40,648 nucleotides of DNA from Nemertoderma westbladi. Its lineage: Eukaryota > Animalia > Xenacoelomorpha. Positions 1 through 11,525 of this stretch are shown piece by piece. The DNA lies in assembly GCA_032718475.1 (NCBI GenBank), contig JAUCBJ010007217.1:1-40648 (forward strand), read 5' to 3'. Under the pieces are notes generated by a model. The model saw nothing but the letters and a program-made list of their open reading frames with translations. It had not been told where the DNA came from and searched no databases. Each line of letters begins with the position of its first letter. The first letter of the stretch is position 1. A program made the position numbers and the translations under genes.

Positions 1-944
1 ATTGTTGTTTTATACTGCTATTTACTGTCAGTTCTTCATAATATGGTTGATGAATTATTATATTTGGAATAACGATAAATAACCCCGAAACCCAATATTC
101 TTGATATACCGAAGGTAAGAGAGAAGGGTTACAGATAAACGATTGTGACTTATGTTAAAGTGGTTTGAAGTGAATCTAATGTTATTTGATAGACCCTACA
201 TGAGTCAGTCTGTGTTCCTTTTATATGTGACTAAAATCAGTGAAGATTGGCAAATTAGTGTGCAGTATTGTGCAGCATTGTGTATGAGTGAGTCTGTTAA
301 AGAAGCAATTCCTAAAGAATGCGCCATATATGTGAATTATAATTAAGCCATATCGTTGTGAGTAGTTTAAGTCATAACTCTGTTTATATAGATAAAGCGC
401 CACGTCCTAAAGGAACTGTTAATATTCCCGAAGGTGAATAATATTGTCAGAGATTATATAATACTGTCAGTCGAATAATACATTAGGCTTACATAGCAAT
501 AAAATTAAACCGTCGAACCCAATCTCCCGGGAATATCCAGCGGGTGAATGATCGCGCACAGATTGGTTTCGACTAGTGTAGTGAATCAAATACTTGTCAT
601 AGACTAAAAACAGATTTAATATCTAGCAGACATCTTAATTTGGTGGGTTAAACTGCCAAAGGTCTGAAAGCGCGAACAAGCTCCTACCAACGTTTACTAC
701 CCACCCCCCCCCCCCCCCCATCATCCTCTCTATAACCCTCTTAGATTAGTGCTGTGCTTGGTAGCTGCGACATGGGGCCTTTATAACTATTGTTTTGGTT
801 TCGTTGCTTATATTTTATTGGAAAAATGTAATACCTACTACTATATTTTTTTATAACATCAATATAATTTTCTACCAGTGGGGGGCCCGAGGGGCCCAGA
901 TCGTCAAGGGGGCCCGGGAATTTTCCCGAATAGATGTATGGCCA

Positions 945-1185
945 CCACGCAACTGCCTCGAGAAGTGACTCGGTTGAGCGATTGGTCTGGCTGTAAGAAG
1001 TTGTGTCAGGGTTAATCACAGCTATATCGAACGACGCGACTCGTTGGTTCATCCAGACACCGCGAACAACTAGGTCAGCCCCCACTATCTAGATGACCAC
1101 GGGAAAGGGTCACCTCGCGTTCCACACTGGAAGGGCCGGCCACCTCTGCGATGAGGTCTCGAAATACTTCCCGCACCTCATTATG
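945..1185 (-). mobile_element. Fragment of the restriction-like endonuclease (RLE) domain of a CRE/SLACS-like non-LTR retrotransposon, frameshifted
   Basis: Minus strand reads HNEVREVFRDLIAEVAGPSSVEREV, then after a frameshift near 1083 GADLVVRGVWMNQRVASFDIAVINPDTTSY. This matches the RHN..E..(R/G)xDL.VRG.W..FD..V.NP..SY pattern of RLE-clade elements. Confidence 0.65.
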
Positions 1186-1533
1186 ATTATTTTTATTTAA
1201 AAATGGTTATTTTTATTTGAAAATGATTATATTTAGTTAAAAATGGTTATTTTTAGTTAAAAATGATTATTTTTAGTGAAAAATGATTATTTTTAGTTAA
1301 AAATGATTATTTTTAGTTAAAAATGATTATTTTTAGTTAAAAATGATTATTTTTAGTTAAAATTGATTATGTTTAGTTAAAAATGATTATTTTTAGTTAA
1401 AAATGATTATTTTTAGTTAAAAATGATTATTTTTAGTTAAAAATGATTATTTTTAGTTAAAAATGATTATTTTTAGTTAAAAATGATTATTTTTAGTTAA
1501 AAATGATTATTTTTAGTTAAAAATGATTATTTT
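1183..1533. repeat. Tandem repeat, 20-bp unit AAATGATTATTTTTAGTTAA, ~17 copies
   Basis: Directly visible 20-bp periodicity; head-to-tail with no spacers. Confidence 0.97.
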
Positions 1534-1916
1534 CAGTGTGTCAAGCATAACATCCTTTGTGTCAGTGTGTTAAGTATCTAACATCCTTTGTTTCAGTGTG
1601 TCAAGTATCTGAAATCCCTCAGGTCCGTGTTCAAAGTATCTGACTCTGACATCCTTTGTGTCAGTGTGTCAAGTATGTGAAATCCCTCAGGTCCGTGTGT
1701 GTTCAAAGTATCTGGCATCCTTTGAGTCCCTATGCAAAGCATATGCCATCCTTTGTTTTGGTTGGGTTCATGTGCAAAGTATCTGACATCCTTTGGGTCC
1801 GTTTTCAAAGCATCTGACAGCCTTTGGGTCCGTTTTCAAAGCATCTGACAGCCTTTGGGTCCGTTTTCAAAGTATCTGACACTGACACCCTTTGGGTCCG
1901 TGTGCAAAGTATCTGC
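1534..1916. repeat. Minisatellite, ~31-34-bp units (CAGTGTGTCAAGTATCTGACATCCTTTGTGT grading into GGTCCGTTTTCAAAGCATCTGACAGCCTTTG), ~12 copies
   Basis: Recurrent AAGTATCTGACATCCTTTG core; abuts the 20-bp array. Confidence 0.9.
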
Positions 1917-2658
1917 CTCTGCCACCATTTTATCTAACCAGTAGTGTTCGCGATAATTCGCGGGGCCTCCCATTGTCTACGGGGCTCGCGGGTGAAGTGG
2001 AGAAGTGGGCAGGGGTAGTGTGTAGTAGGTGATTGGGTTAGATTGTACCAAGTAACCAATAAAAAATCACCATTAAAAAGTTAGTCAGAATCAATCAGCT
2101 GATCCAAATTTATAAAAAGAAATTAGGGTTTTGCTATTTGAGGCTCAGTGCTGTTCTTTATTATTTTGCATTATTTTTCGCAGAATTAACTTTTCTATCA
2201 TTAAGTGGCCGTGTGCGTCTTTGTGCATTTTTGCACTACCCTTCGGATATCATACGGTACCATCAGCTGCATCTGTCATTGCTGTCAGCCTGTTGACCTT
2301 GTACGGTACCTATACTATACTCAGGTACTGCCAGACTGCTGTACGGCTGTATGCACCGTACTCTGGTACTGCTGTAAAACGCGCAGGCCCTGACCCAGCT
2401 GCCCAGTCAGTGACCATACGCGTACATAGTGACATATACGTCTGTGCGTCATTATGTGTATGTCTGTATGTCCAATGTCAGTATCACGTCTCAGTATCTC
2501 GAACAGTCGTAGCTCGTAGGCCTACATAAGTTGTAGAACTAACTTAACTATTAATAGTTGTAGTAGAGTCCCAGGAGTCTGGAAGTCCTCGGTCAGTTTC
2601 GGTCGGGATCTGTTAGTTAGTACCGGTATAGGGCCTAGTCTGATTCGAGCTTCAGGTA

Positions 2659-4071
2659 ATGCTGTATTGCAATCAGGCAATGGCTACCTCGATGGTAGTA
2701 GACGATGTTTACACCCGTCCTGATGCCGGTACCGTTAATAATATACCCGAGAATAGTAAGGAAATCTACTACAGAACTTATAAAGAGTTTCAGGACTTTG
2801 TCGGTAATAAGATCCCAACTGAAGATGACTATCTCAATTACTTCGACTTCCTGCGGAAAGAGAAGCACCATAAGGCATCGACACTTTGGTGCACGTATAG
2901 TCGGTTGAACTCAGTCCATCGGAAGAAATACGGCGAGAAACTACAAACCTGGCCGCGAATAACCCAAGCCTTGAAATCCTACAGCGTTAACTACACCAGG
3001 AAAGTCGCCGCGGTTTTTACTCGAGAAGAAATTGATCGTTTCCTGGAAATGGATCTCTATACGCCCTACTGGATCGCACGCAAGGCAGTTGTTGTGTTGG
3101 CCGTCTGTGGCGGTTTGCGGACCTGCGACATCCGTTTCATAGAGACTGAAGGTGTGACCGCCAGAGAGGACGGCTGTTGGGTCTCATTCAACGGTCGGAG
3201 TTACAGGGGGGAGGTCACGGAATCCAGTTACCTCGTCCCCTACCCCATGGCGAACCACCTCAAGGTTTACTTCAGCGGGATTATTGCCGCCTTTGGGTCT
3301 AGTCTGACAGGCCCACTCATTCGTACTACTATAACCAATGGCGTGACTGGGATCTCCCATTACGGAAGTCAAGCGATGGGCAAGAATTTTCTGTATAACA
3401 TAGGGAAAGATGTTGCAAAGAAACTCGGACTTCCTAATTGTAATTCCTTCACCGGGCATTGTTTCAATAACGTTACCAGGGATAACACCGGTAAACTCAG
3501 AAGACCCATTGCGCCGAGGTACAACTGGTACGTGGGCGGGTCTCAGTTGCTACAGGATCGGCGTGACTCGGACGCAGCGACTAATTCAACCGTGTCTGTT
3601 GGAACCCAGACCACTGCTACAGTAGTGGTGCTGGAGGAGGAACCATCCGGGAACCATCATATACAGGTTCGTCCAGGTTCCGGGCCCACTCTTCCTTCAT
3701 TCACTATCTGCACAGGTAATTGTTGCGGGTGCGAGTCGTTATCATCGGTTCGTCGTCCTGTGGAGCCACCCGCGTCCCCAATATCTCTAGAGATTCCGCA
3801 TGTCAGTGAGGCATCTTCCCCACCCCATGATGAGGTCTATACCTCGACACATTCCCAGCTAAACGCCCATGAACCCCCCGCTACCCCGTGGACAGTAGGA
3901 GTATCCCAGTTGTCCTCTTTACCAGAAGTCCCCCAAATTTGCAATCCGAGAATATTGAAACTGAAGATGTTCAAGAAACGTCTACAGGCTAACGCCTTCC
4001 GCTCCAGGGGCTATAGCCGTTATTCCAGACCCTACAAAAAGACCACGAGTTACATCTACGATTACCAATAA
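2659..4071 (+). CDS. Crypton-like tyrosine recombinase (phage-integrase fold)-derived protein, probably catalytically inactive, with Pro/Ser-rich and basic C-terminal tail
   Basis: 470-aa ORF with STLWxxYSxL, KxAxVFTREEIxRFL, GGLR (box I Arg), MGKN..I.KDVAKKLGLP and FTGHCF motifs typical of animal Crypton-type YRs. The HxxR Arg and the downstream W/Y box are absent. Confidence 0.75.
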   Translation: MLYCNQAMATSMVVDDVYTRPDAGTVNNIPENSKEIYYRTYKEFQDFVGNKIPTEDDYLNYFDFLRKEKHHKASTLWCTYSRLNSVHRKKYGEKLQTWPRITQALKSYSVNYTRKVAAVFTREEIDRFLEMDLYTPYWIARKAVVVLAVCGGLRTCDIRFIETEGVTAREDGCWVSFNGRSYRGEVTESSYLVPYPMANHLKVYFSGIIAAFGSSLTGPLIRTTITNGVTGISHYGSQAMGKNFLYNIGKDVAKKLGLPNCNSFTGHCFNNVTRDNTGKLRRPIAPRYNWYVGGSQLLQDRRDSDAATNSTVSVGTQTTATVVVLEEEPSGNHHIQVRPGSGPTLPSFTICTGNCCGCESLSSVRRPVEPPASPISLEIPHVSEASSPPHDEVYTSTHSQLNAHEPPATPWTVGVSQLSSLPEVPQICNPRILKLKMFKKRLQANAFRSRGYSRYSRPYKKTTSYIYDYQ

Positions 4072-6012
4072 TACTCTGTAACGCGAACTAATGTAGGTGA
4101 CCTTTGACCTTTCCGATTCCCACTTAACTAATTTTCGACCTGAATATATATCTTTTGGTTTTATAATCGCCACAATTTGATACTGAATATTTTTTAATTA
4201 TATTTTTACTTAATTCAAGTAGTATAGTTAAGTACTTCAATTTCATAACAGTTAGTTTGTATTGTTAAAGTACCAATATTTTGATTACTTGAATGTATCA
4301 ACGATTATTATTTATAAGTTATTAAGTAACTAAATAATTACGAACAGGGGGGGGGGGGGGGGTGGTTTGCGTGATTGACTATAAATAAAGCATGTAGTGA
4401 TTTACAGGCTGTTTCATGTTTTAGCCTACTGTATGCACTAGGCTACTTCGCCCAACAATCTTGAACTCAGTTTTTTAAATATGAATTATTGTAATGAACA
4501 CAAAAGGTATTGGAACTTTTGGTGTCATCAAGGCGTATAAACCTACTACAAAACGGAACTCAATATACAACATAAGGATTAAGTAGTTCAGCTACTCATC
4601 TCGCCTTGCCGGTTCGTCATAAGTAATTCCAGACATAGAAACGAAACTGCTTCTTCATAGAGGAAGGTAGTTTAGGAAATTGGGACCCTCAAAAATAATG
4701 AAATTCAAGTAAAGCGCCGTACACTTAAGATGTGAGCGTAATAGGTTCGATCCCGGGTCAGGTCTTTTTGTTTCATATTCAAATTCGATTTAAAGTTTAT
4801 AATGGGGTTGCTTAGCGACTGTTTGTGGATGGATATATAGAGGATGCAAATGTTCCAAAAAATCTGACCATATTAACACATTCAATTTCATCTTTATTTC
4901 CTTAAGCAATATGGATTTAACATAGCAAACGAGGTAACAACTGGTGAAACTTTTCCAAAATTTTGTGAAAACAAACTTTAGTCCAATGACTATCAAATGA
5001 CTGAACTATGCACTTCTACATAAAGTTACCAATTTTGTTTCCAGAGCAACGGTAATCTGCCTAATAATTTAATACGTTTTATTATCATTTTGCTGGTGCA
5101 TTATACTGTAGGAGGAAGCTTAATAATAATAATACTTCTCTAATTAAACTAGGTAACTTAACCCAGCCCATCGGCTTGGTCCACCTTAAACACCATTGTC
5201 CCCGAAAATTTATCGTTATATCATAAACTATTGCGGTTTTAAAACTAAAACGAGTAAATAAATTACACCTAAATTCAATATAGAAATTAGTTTTACTATG
5301 TGAAAAATCTCTGCTAATATATAATATATGTAAATTATAAAATTTCCTTTTAGTGGATATACAATGCTACAGGCGTCAACCTGCCAATCACCACATCCTC
5401 TGAGGATGAGTCACGGCGGTTCTACCACGCACAACTACCCGTTAGTGGTTAGTACATAGTATATGTACCTACTGGTGGGGGGGGGGGGGGGGGGGGGTAT
5501 TTAATGGTTAGTATTAGACATAGTGATAGAGGGTGAGGGGTGGGGGTTATTAACAGTATTTTGTGGGAATGTTTGTTAATATGAGGCATGTTTTCTCTGG
5601 TCGTATAGGTTGTTATCCACAGAGCTGTATTTCGGCGAAAGCAGACAATGTATCAGGTTAAATGTAACCTCTATCTAATATATTGCTGTCGTCATTATTG
5701 GTTCATTTTGTATACAGTAATTCAGTGGGATAGTTGGTCTGTTGCCTGTAGGGGTTGACAGTATTTGATATTGATGACTCAATACTTTGAAGGACCAATA
5801 ATGCTGCCTGCCGTGGGGGGGAGGGGAGGCTAATCCTAAGGTCGGTTCGGTAATTCGAGAGGCACTGGTGTTTGTTTATAGTCAATTAGCTGGAGTCATT
5901 AATCAACATTTGACATATTTATTCGTTTTAAAACTTTTCCCATAGATGTTGTTGGTTTGTTCTTTTCAGGTTGATGCTTGGTGAATATTCAATATAACAG
6001 GAGTATAGTTTA

Positions 6013-6387
6013 GGGGCCGTCCAAGTATGACGTCTGCACTTTTCTCCAAAATGTTGACCCCCTCCCTCCCCTAAATCAGATGTCATCAGATAGGCGTTGA
6101 CACCCCCCCTCCCCTAAATCAGATTAAAAAAATTTTCGCGTCCTAATCACTGAAACATGGTGACTGGTAACTGAAACAGAAGGTCGTACTACGGGCCTTC
6201 TGGGGCTTCGAACAATTAAAATAGGCAAGCTATTTACTCTTCTGCTATATCTCTTCTAGCACCTATAAATGAACATGCTGACGTCAGATTTTGGCTGTCC
6301 CCCTCCCCTCCCCTCATCAGCACGTCATCAGATTTTCCCAACCCCCCTCCCCACCCTAAAGTGCTGACGTCATACTTGGACGCCCCC
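6013..6387. mobile_element. MITE / non-autonomous DNA transposon (~375 bp), TA-flanked
   Basis: TIRs GGGGCCGTCCAAGTATGACGTCTGCACTTT (6013-6042) and AAAGTGCTGACGTCATACTTGGACGCCCCC (6358-6387), 2 mismatches. TA lies on both sides, and there are internal CCCTCCCCTAAATCAGAT repeats. Confidence 0.85.
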
Positions 6388-7578
6388 TAATAATCTCCAT
6401 CAATAAAATCGCGCTTTATCAAAAAGATGATAACAAATGGGGTATCTTTGGGTTGTTGATATCATGACAAATGTAATGAAAAGGCAGTGGTGGTGTGACA
6501 ATGAACTTTTAGAAAATAATGTGCAAAATGTAGAACTTTATACGGCGGGCGAGAATAGGTTCCAAAAAAGAAACCATCGCATCGCGTGTGGGATACCTAC
6601 ACCAGTTGTAGCGTCCATAGGACTCAGTATGCCAGTGCAGGCCAACCATCACTTACTTTCATTTTAGGCGTACTGACTACTGGTCTATGCAGACTGTACC
6701 AGTGCAACATTAGGCCTACCTCACATGCCGTACCGTACGGTACTCGGGTACTGTAGCAAGCTAATCATAGGCGATTAGGCGTCCGTACCTGGACCGGCAT
6801 GACACAACAGATGTTAACGATTTCAGGAATTACCGCGACGAGTAGGTAGGCATAAGCGACGCTATCTGTATACTGTCGTCGTTCGTCGTCTCTAATAACG
6901 CCTCGCACTGAACTCTTATAAAGTGCTACCCAGCTACCCAGTTTTGAAGTAAATAGTTAGGTATTACATTTGTTTGGAATAATTCCTCAGTCAAAAAAAA
7001 CGGGAACGTAAAAAATTTCATTAGGTAGGCCTACCTAGCCGTTTGACTTCTGAAGTAGCAGAGTAGGTCTAGAGACGCTAATGCTTGCTTACCGGTATGC
7101 CAACGCAGCCGTATAAAGCGTGGGTAAACTGAATTCGCCTGGGGAGTTAAGAAGGGTTGGGTCTTGGATAGTTACATATTATTTGGATTGTTGTTCAACC
7201 TTGGGGGTTAGAGCGGCGCCCACCATGACCACCTTCTGACCTTGCTCTCCTGCAGCCAAGCGAGATGAGTCTTGGCCCTTATTCAGTTATTATTACTTTC
7301 ACCATAACTTTACTTTGTTACCGGTAGGTATTACCGGTATTATTACGCCTAATTTCTGCCTATAGCTATATGAAAGTATTTCAGTATTTATTATCTGACT
7401 CTGCAGTTATTCTCGCGACAACCTCGCCCTCGCGTAGGTCTGTAGGTATACCACTTGCATCGATATAGCTATCGTCTGATCGTTACGAACGATACGTGGC
7501 GCAGTGGGCTAGGCCTGTCAATGGTCCCTGTTCATTGACTGAACAAGATTCAAGTATTTGTTGATGTAGAACGTTATA

Positions 7579-9639
7579 ATGTCATACAATATTAGAGGAA
7601 GTGGTAACACCACGACCGGTGGCGCCGCCAACAATTCCACACAGAGGAAGAAAGTTCAACTCTCATTTGTTATGCGAGATGAAATCGAAAACCGCCATAG
7701 ATCCGGGGTCAACGCCCTGCAGGTCGACACGGCGAATAACCGTTTGTTCTCGGCGGGACGCGACTCTATAGTCCGTATATGGAACCTCTACAGAGATCCC
7801 GAGACCACGGTCCCGTGTAACATGGAGCACCACACGGACTGGGTTAACGATATAGTCCTGTGCTGTGGAGGAAACACCCTGATCTCCGCCTCGTCTGACA
7901 CCACTGTGAAGGTATGGAATTCCACTAAAGGCTTCTGCATGTCAACTCTACGAACCCACAAGGATTACGTGAAGGCTTTGGCCTACGCTAAGGATAGAGA
8001 ACACGTTGCCAGCGGAGGGTTGGACAGGCAGATATTCTTGTGGGACGTTAACACCTTAACCGCACTCACTGCGTCCAATAACACAGTAACTACTTCCTCT
8101 CTATCCGGGAACAAAGACTCCATCTACAGTCTAGCGATGAATCCTTCCGGGACTGTAATTGTCTCCGGTTCCACCGAGAAGGCCCTCCGAGTCTGGGACC
8201 CTCGGACTTGCATCAAACAGATGAAACTGAAAGGCCACACGGACAACGTGAAGGCGTTGGCTGTAAACCGAGACGGCACGCAGGTGCTGTCGGGTAGCTC
8301 GGACGGGACACTGCGGTTGTGGTCCCTCGGTCAGCAGCGTTGCGTGGCGACCTACCGGTTGCACAGCGACGGAGTGTGGGCCCTGTGCGCGGACGAGTCC
8401 TTCACCGTGGTCTACTCCGGGGGGCGGGACCGACGGATATTCTGCGTGGAACTCAACACCGAGACGACGAGTTTAGTCTGCGAGGAGTCGGCGCCGATAC
8501 TGCGGATCGAGTTGGCGCGGAATCCGTCGTGTCTGTGGGTGTCGACGACGCGGTCCGAGATACAGCGGTGGTCCTTAGACGGGATCGCGGAGGACAGACC
8601 GTCGGAAGAACCGCTCCGACGCGAACCGGACCTCGCGCTGCCCGGGGCCCCGAGCATCAACCAGTACGAGGTGCTGAACGATAAACGTCGCGTCGTTACT
8701 CGGGATACCGAGCAGGGTTGCGCCGTGTGGGACGTCCTCGCGTCGAGGAAGGTGGAGGACCTCGGGGTCGTCGATATGGCGGTGGAAGTGGAGCGGCGAC
8801 AGACGGCCATCCACGTACCGAGTTGGTTCGCGGTGGACCTCAAGGTGGGACAGCTGACGGTCCATCTGGACGACTCGGACGCGTTCTCGGCGTGGTTGAC
8901 GGCGCGGGACGCCGGATTGGGGGACCCGGAGGCCGACGGGACCGACACCAAGGTCAACTACGGGACGCTGATGCTGCAGGGACTGCTGGAGCACTGGCCG
9001 CGCACCTGGACCTCCATGGAGGAGGGGGTTCTACGGGGGAACGGCTACGTCTCCGTGGCGCCTTACACCCCCATTATACTGAGCGAGGTGAATGGGAAGA
9101 CGTTGTGCCGTCTGTGTTGCAGAGAGGCGGTGGGGGAGACGGAACAACTAATGCTGAACGACAACATTCCGCAGTGGATATCCGACGTGACGGTCGATAG
9201 GAAGCTCCCAAAGTTCCCGAAACTCGCGTTCTACTTGCAGCCGTACCACCCGGCGGCTACAGGCCGCGGGCGTTCAGCCGGCGGCGCTCTCGTGCCTCCT
9301 AGGGAACGCCTCAGCGCCAGCGATATGCTCCAAGTGAAGAAAGTAATCGAGCACATTCAAGAGAAGGTCCTGGGGGAGGGCAGTCAGCGGGACAGCCCCC
9401 CTCCGTTCCCCCGCTCCGAGGGGGGCTCCCCCTCCCGGACGCCCCCCTCCCAGACCCCCGAGGAGGACAGTAAGCCCCCCAGTAGTTCGGGGTCCGCGGT
9501 CTCCAAACTCACCAAGGTGGAACTGCTCTGCCACGATCAGTTACTCGACACCAATATGGATATTCGGACTGTTAAACACTTTATCTGGAAACAGGCCGGG
9601 GATTTGGTGCTTCAGTATCGGACAGTGAAGGATAAATAA
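7579..9639 (+). CDS. WDR48: WD repeat-containing protein 48 (UAF1, USP1/12/46 activator), single exon
   Basis: 686 aa; conserved N-terminus [58 protein letters not shown]40 repeats; C-terminal [14 protein letters not shown]...TVKHFIWK ubiquitin-like domain. Confidence 0.96.
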   Translation: MSYNIRGSGNTTTGGAANNSTQRKKVQLSFVMRDEIENRHRSGVNALQVDTANNRLFSAGRDSIVRIWNLYRDPETTVPCNMEHHTDWVNDIVLCCGGNTLISASSDTTVKVWNSTKGFCMSTLRTHKDYVKALAYAKDREHVASGGLDRQIFLWDVNTLTALTASNNTVTTSSLSGNKDSIYSLAMNPSGTVIVSGSTEKALRVWDPRTCIKQMKLKGHTDNVKALAVNRDGTQVLSGSSDGTLRLWSLGQQRCVATYRLHSDGVWALCADESFTVVYSGGRDRRIFCVELNTETTSLVCEESAPILRIELARNPSCLWVSTTRSEIQRWSLDGIAEDRPSEEPLRREPDLALPGAPSINQYEVLNDKRRVVTRDTEQGCAVWDVLASRKVEDLGVVDMAVEVERRQTAIHVPSWFAVDLKVGQLTVHLDDSDAFSAWLTARDAGLGDPEADGTDTKVNYGTLMLQGLLEHWPRTWTSMEEGVLRGNGYVSVAPYTPIILSEVNGKTLCRLCCREAVGETEQLMLNDNIPQWISDVTVDRKLPKFPKLAFYLQPYHPAATGRGRSAGGALVPPRERLSASDMLQVKKVIEHIQEKVLGEGSQRDSPPPFPRSEGGSPSRTPPSQTPEEDSKPPSSSGSAVSKLTKVELLCHDQLLDTNMDIRTVKHFIWKQAGDLVLQYRTVKDK

Positions 9640-11525
9640 ATAATCCGTGACGTTAATGTCCGACATCCCTGGTGCAATGCGGTTCAACCCTACGGGTTAT
9701 TATATAGTGTTTGTATTGAATCACAATTAATTCCCGGGTGTAAACGCTCCTCCGACAACCGACATACATTTATTACAGACAAATATGACACTAACATGTG
9801 CTATTGACTCCCCTGCTATTGTTTTACTTATATAATTTTTTAGAAATATTTATTTTACTTATAGATTGGGGGGGGGGGGGGGGGGGGGGGGTCCAACATA
9901 TCGTGACAATGATTTTTTTCTTTTCAGTACCAATGCAATTCATACTCGATATCCATACAGGCTAGGTTTAGACTACCAATACCAGATATCTGTAGAAACT
10001 GAAAGTATATTAATTAACATGGGAGTGTTTATACATTCCTATCTTGACTGACTTGCTAAAAACTAAGCTATTGACTCGAACCCCTGAATGAATGCCATGT
10101 AGTTAGTTGTTCATATTTATTGTATGTTTTATAATATTTGTGCATTTGTACCAATAAATTTACTAATTACTCCTAATAGAATACACGTGAATCAAGTGAC
10201 AATGTCTAGTCTGTCTTATTTTTCGTAACTCGAATTTCATCTAAGGGTATTCTGGAACATTCGTATTGTGTAACTCCTAATTTAAGGAATACAATGAATT
10301 TAGAAAAATAAAATATAAGACAATTCTAGTTATGCCTTTCTTTTAACATAAATAGGTTTGGTAATAGATTGAAATCAGAAATCGTGGGAGTAACAACATA
10401 AATAATGACTAATTATCAGCTCTTATCTGTGACTCGACATATCGACTGAGTGACCATCGCTCTGCTCGCGTCGTTTCTCGTTACCTCTACAAGAAAGCGC
10501 GCCAATTTGGTTTTGGTGTATTTTGGTTGACTTTTAAATTGCAATGTAAATAATGATTATAGTGGGTTGCGCATAATTTACCTTACAAATCGTGAATTTA
10601 ATTTCGAAAAGATGATTCATATTTTATTTTTTGCATATGTTCAAAATATTAGAGTGAAATTTTAATTTAACAAATTACATAATCTTCGATTAGAAAGGTG
10701 AATTAAATTATAACATAAATAGCGCTTCCATTGACCTCGAGGACGAGATGTATAACTAATTTGGTAATTTAGCTTCCGCGAAACAGAGTAAATCATATTG
10801 TTATGGGACTCTTTCTATCCCGCCGGGAGATAATGGCAATCTTATATCCTGAAACTGCCCATAAAGAGTTCAACTGGTTAGAAAGACAATTTTAAGAATA
10901 ATTGTATGAAACCTCATGCGCCAGGTTGACTCGTTGAGGTGTTGGGTAATAAATTAATAAAATAAAAAAACAACTAAAAGTTCAGTCGCTGTAAATATCA
11001 TAAGGGTATATGTCATGAAATCATTATTATAATTGTTCGTTGAAATGATTTAAGTGGTACTCAAGAAACTAAACTTTTTTTTGAGTTATGCAGTGCAGTT
11101 ATTATTTACAGAGAAAGATCAGTTTTTCATCAGTTACTCGTGTTACAATGTTAATTAACACGGCGAATATCGATCTGAACCTCGTGGCTTTATTTCCACT
11201 CATTCACTTTATTCGTTACTGTAACAAACTACCCGGATCAGCGCTCTGTAAAGTTCGACTTTATAAATAAGTATGTAAGTATTTACTACACCACAAAATC
11301 GTTTGTTATCCGTAGAGAAAAAAAAACTATAAACAACATGTGATTTATTATTTATTTATTTACAAATTTAACTCAAAATAATATAAATTAATTTACTGCT
11401 GGTCGAACAATTAATAAAGAAAGACAAATCCAATGTGTTTAAACGTAATATTAGTTACACTATTAGTGTACTCTTATAGACAATGAGATGAGTAGCACCC
11501 TGCAGTTAAATAGGTCAGCACAGAG

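Noticed and set aside
1183-1916. Possible CRISPR array
   Set aside because: Head-to-tail units with no unique spacers, no cas genes, and eukaryotic context.
2131-2529. 132-aa ORF upstream of the recombinase-like gene
   Set aside because: Non-ATG start, low-complexity motif-rich sequence and no domain; more likely UTR or promoter.
2659-4071. Prophage integrase or bacterial contamination
   Set aside because: Motifs fit animal Crypton-type YRs, the neighbours are eukaryotic genes, and no phage genes are present.
4705-4768. tRNA-like B box GGTTCGATCCC followed by T run
   Set aside because: No convincing cloverleaf or acceptor stem; at most a decayed SINE head.
8131-9534. Overlapping ORFs within WDR48 (and 39101-39829 within ValRS)
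   Set aside because: Shadow ORFs of GC-rich coding sequence with no recognisable motifs.
10400-11330. Repeat-like sequence between WDR48 and TMEM106 (also 1-660 and 33490-33770)
   Set aside because: Looks like transposon debris, but no termini, second copy or coding remnant supports a call.
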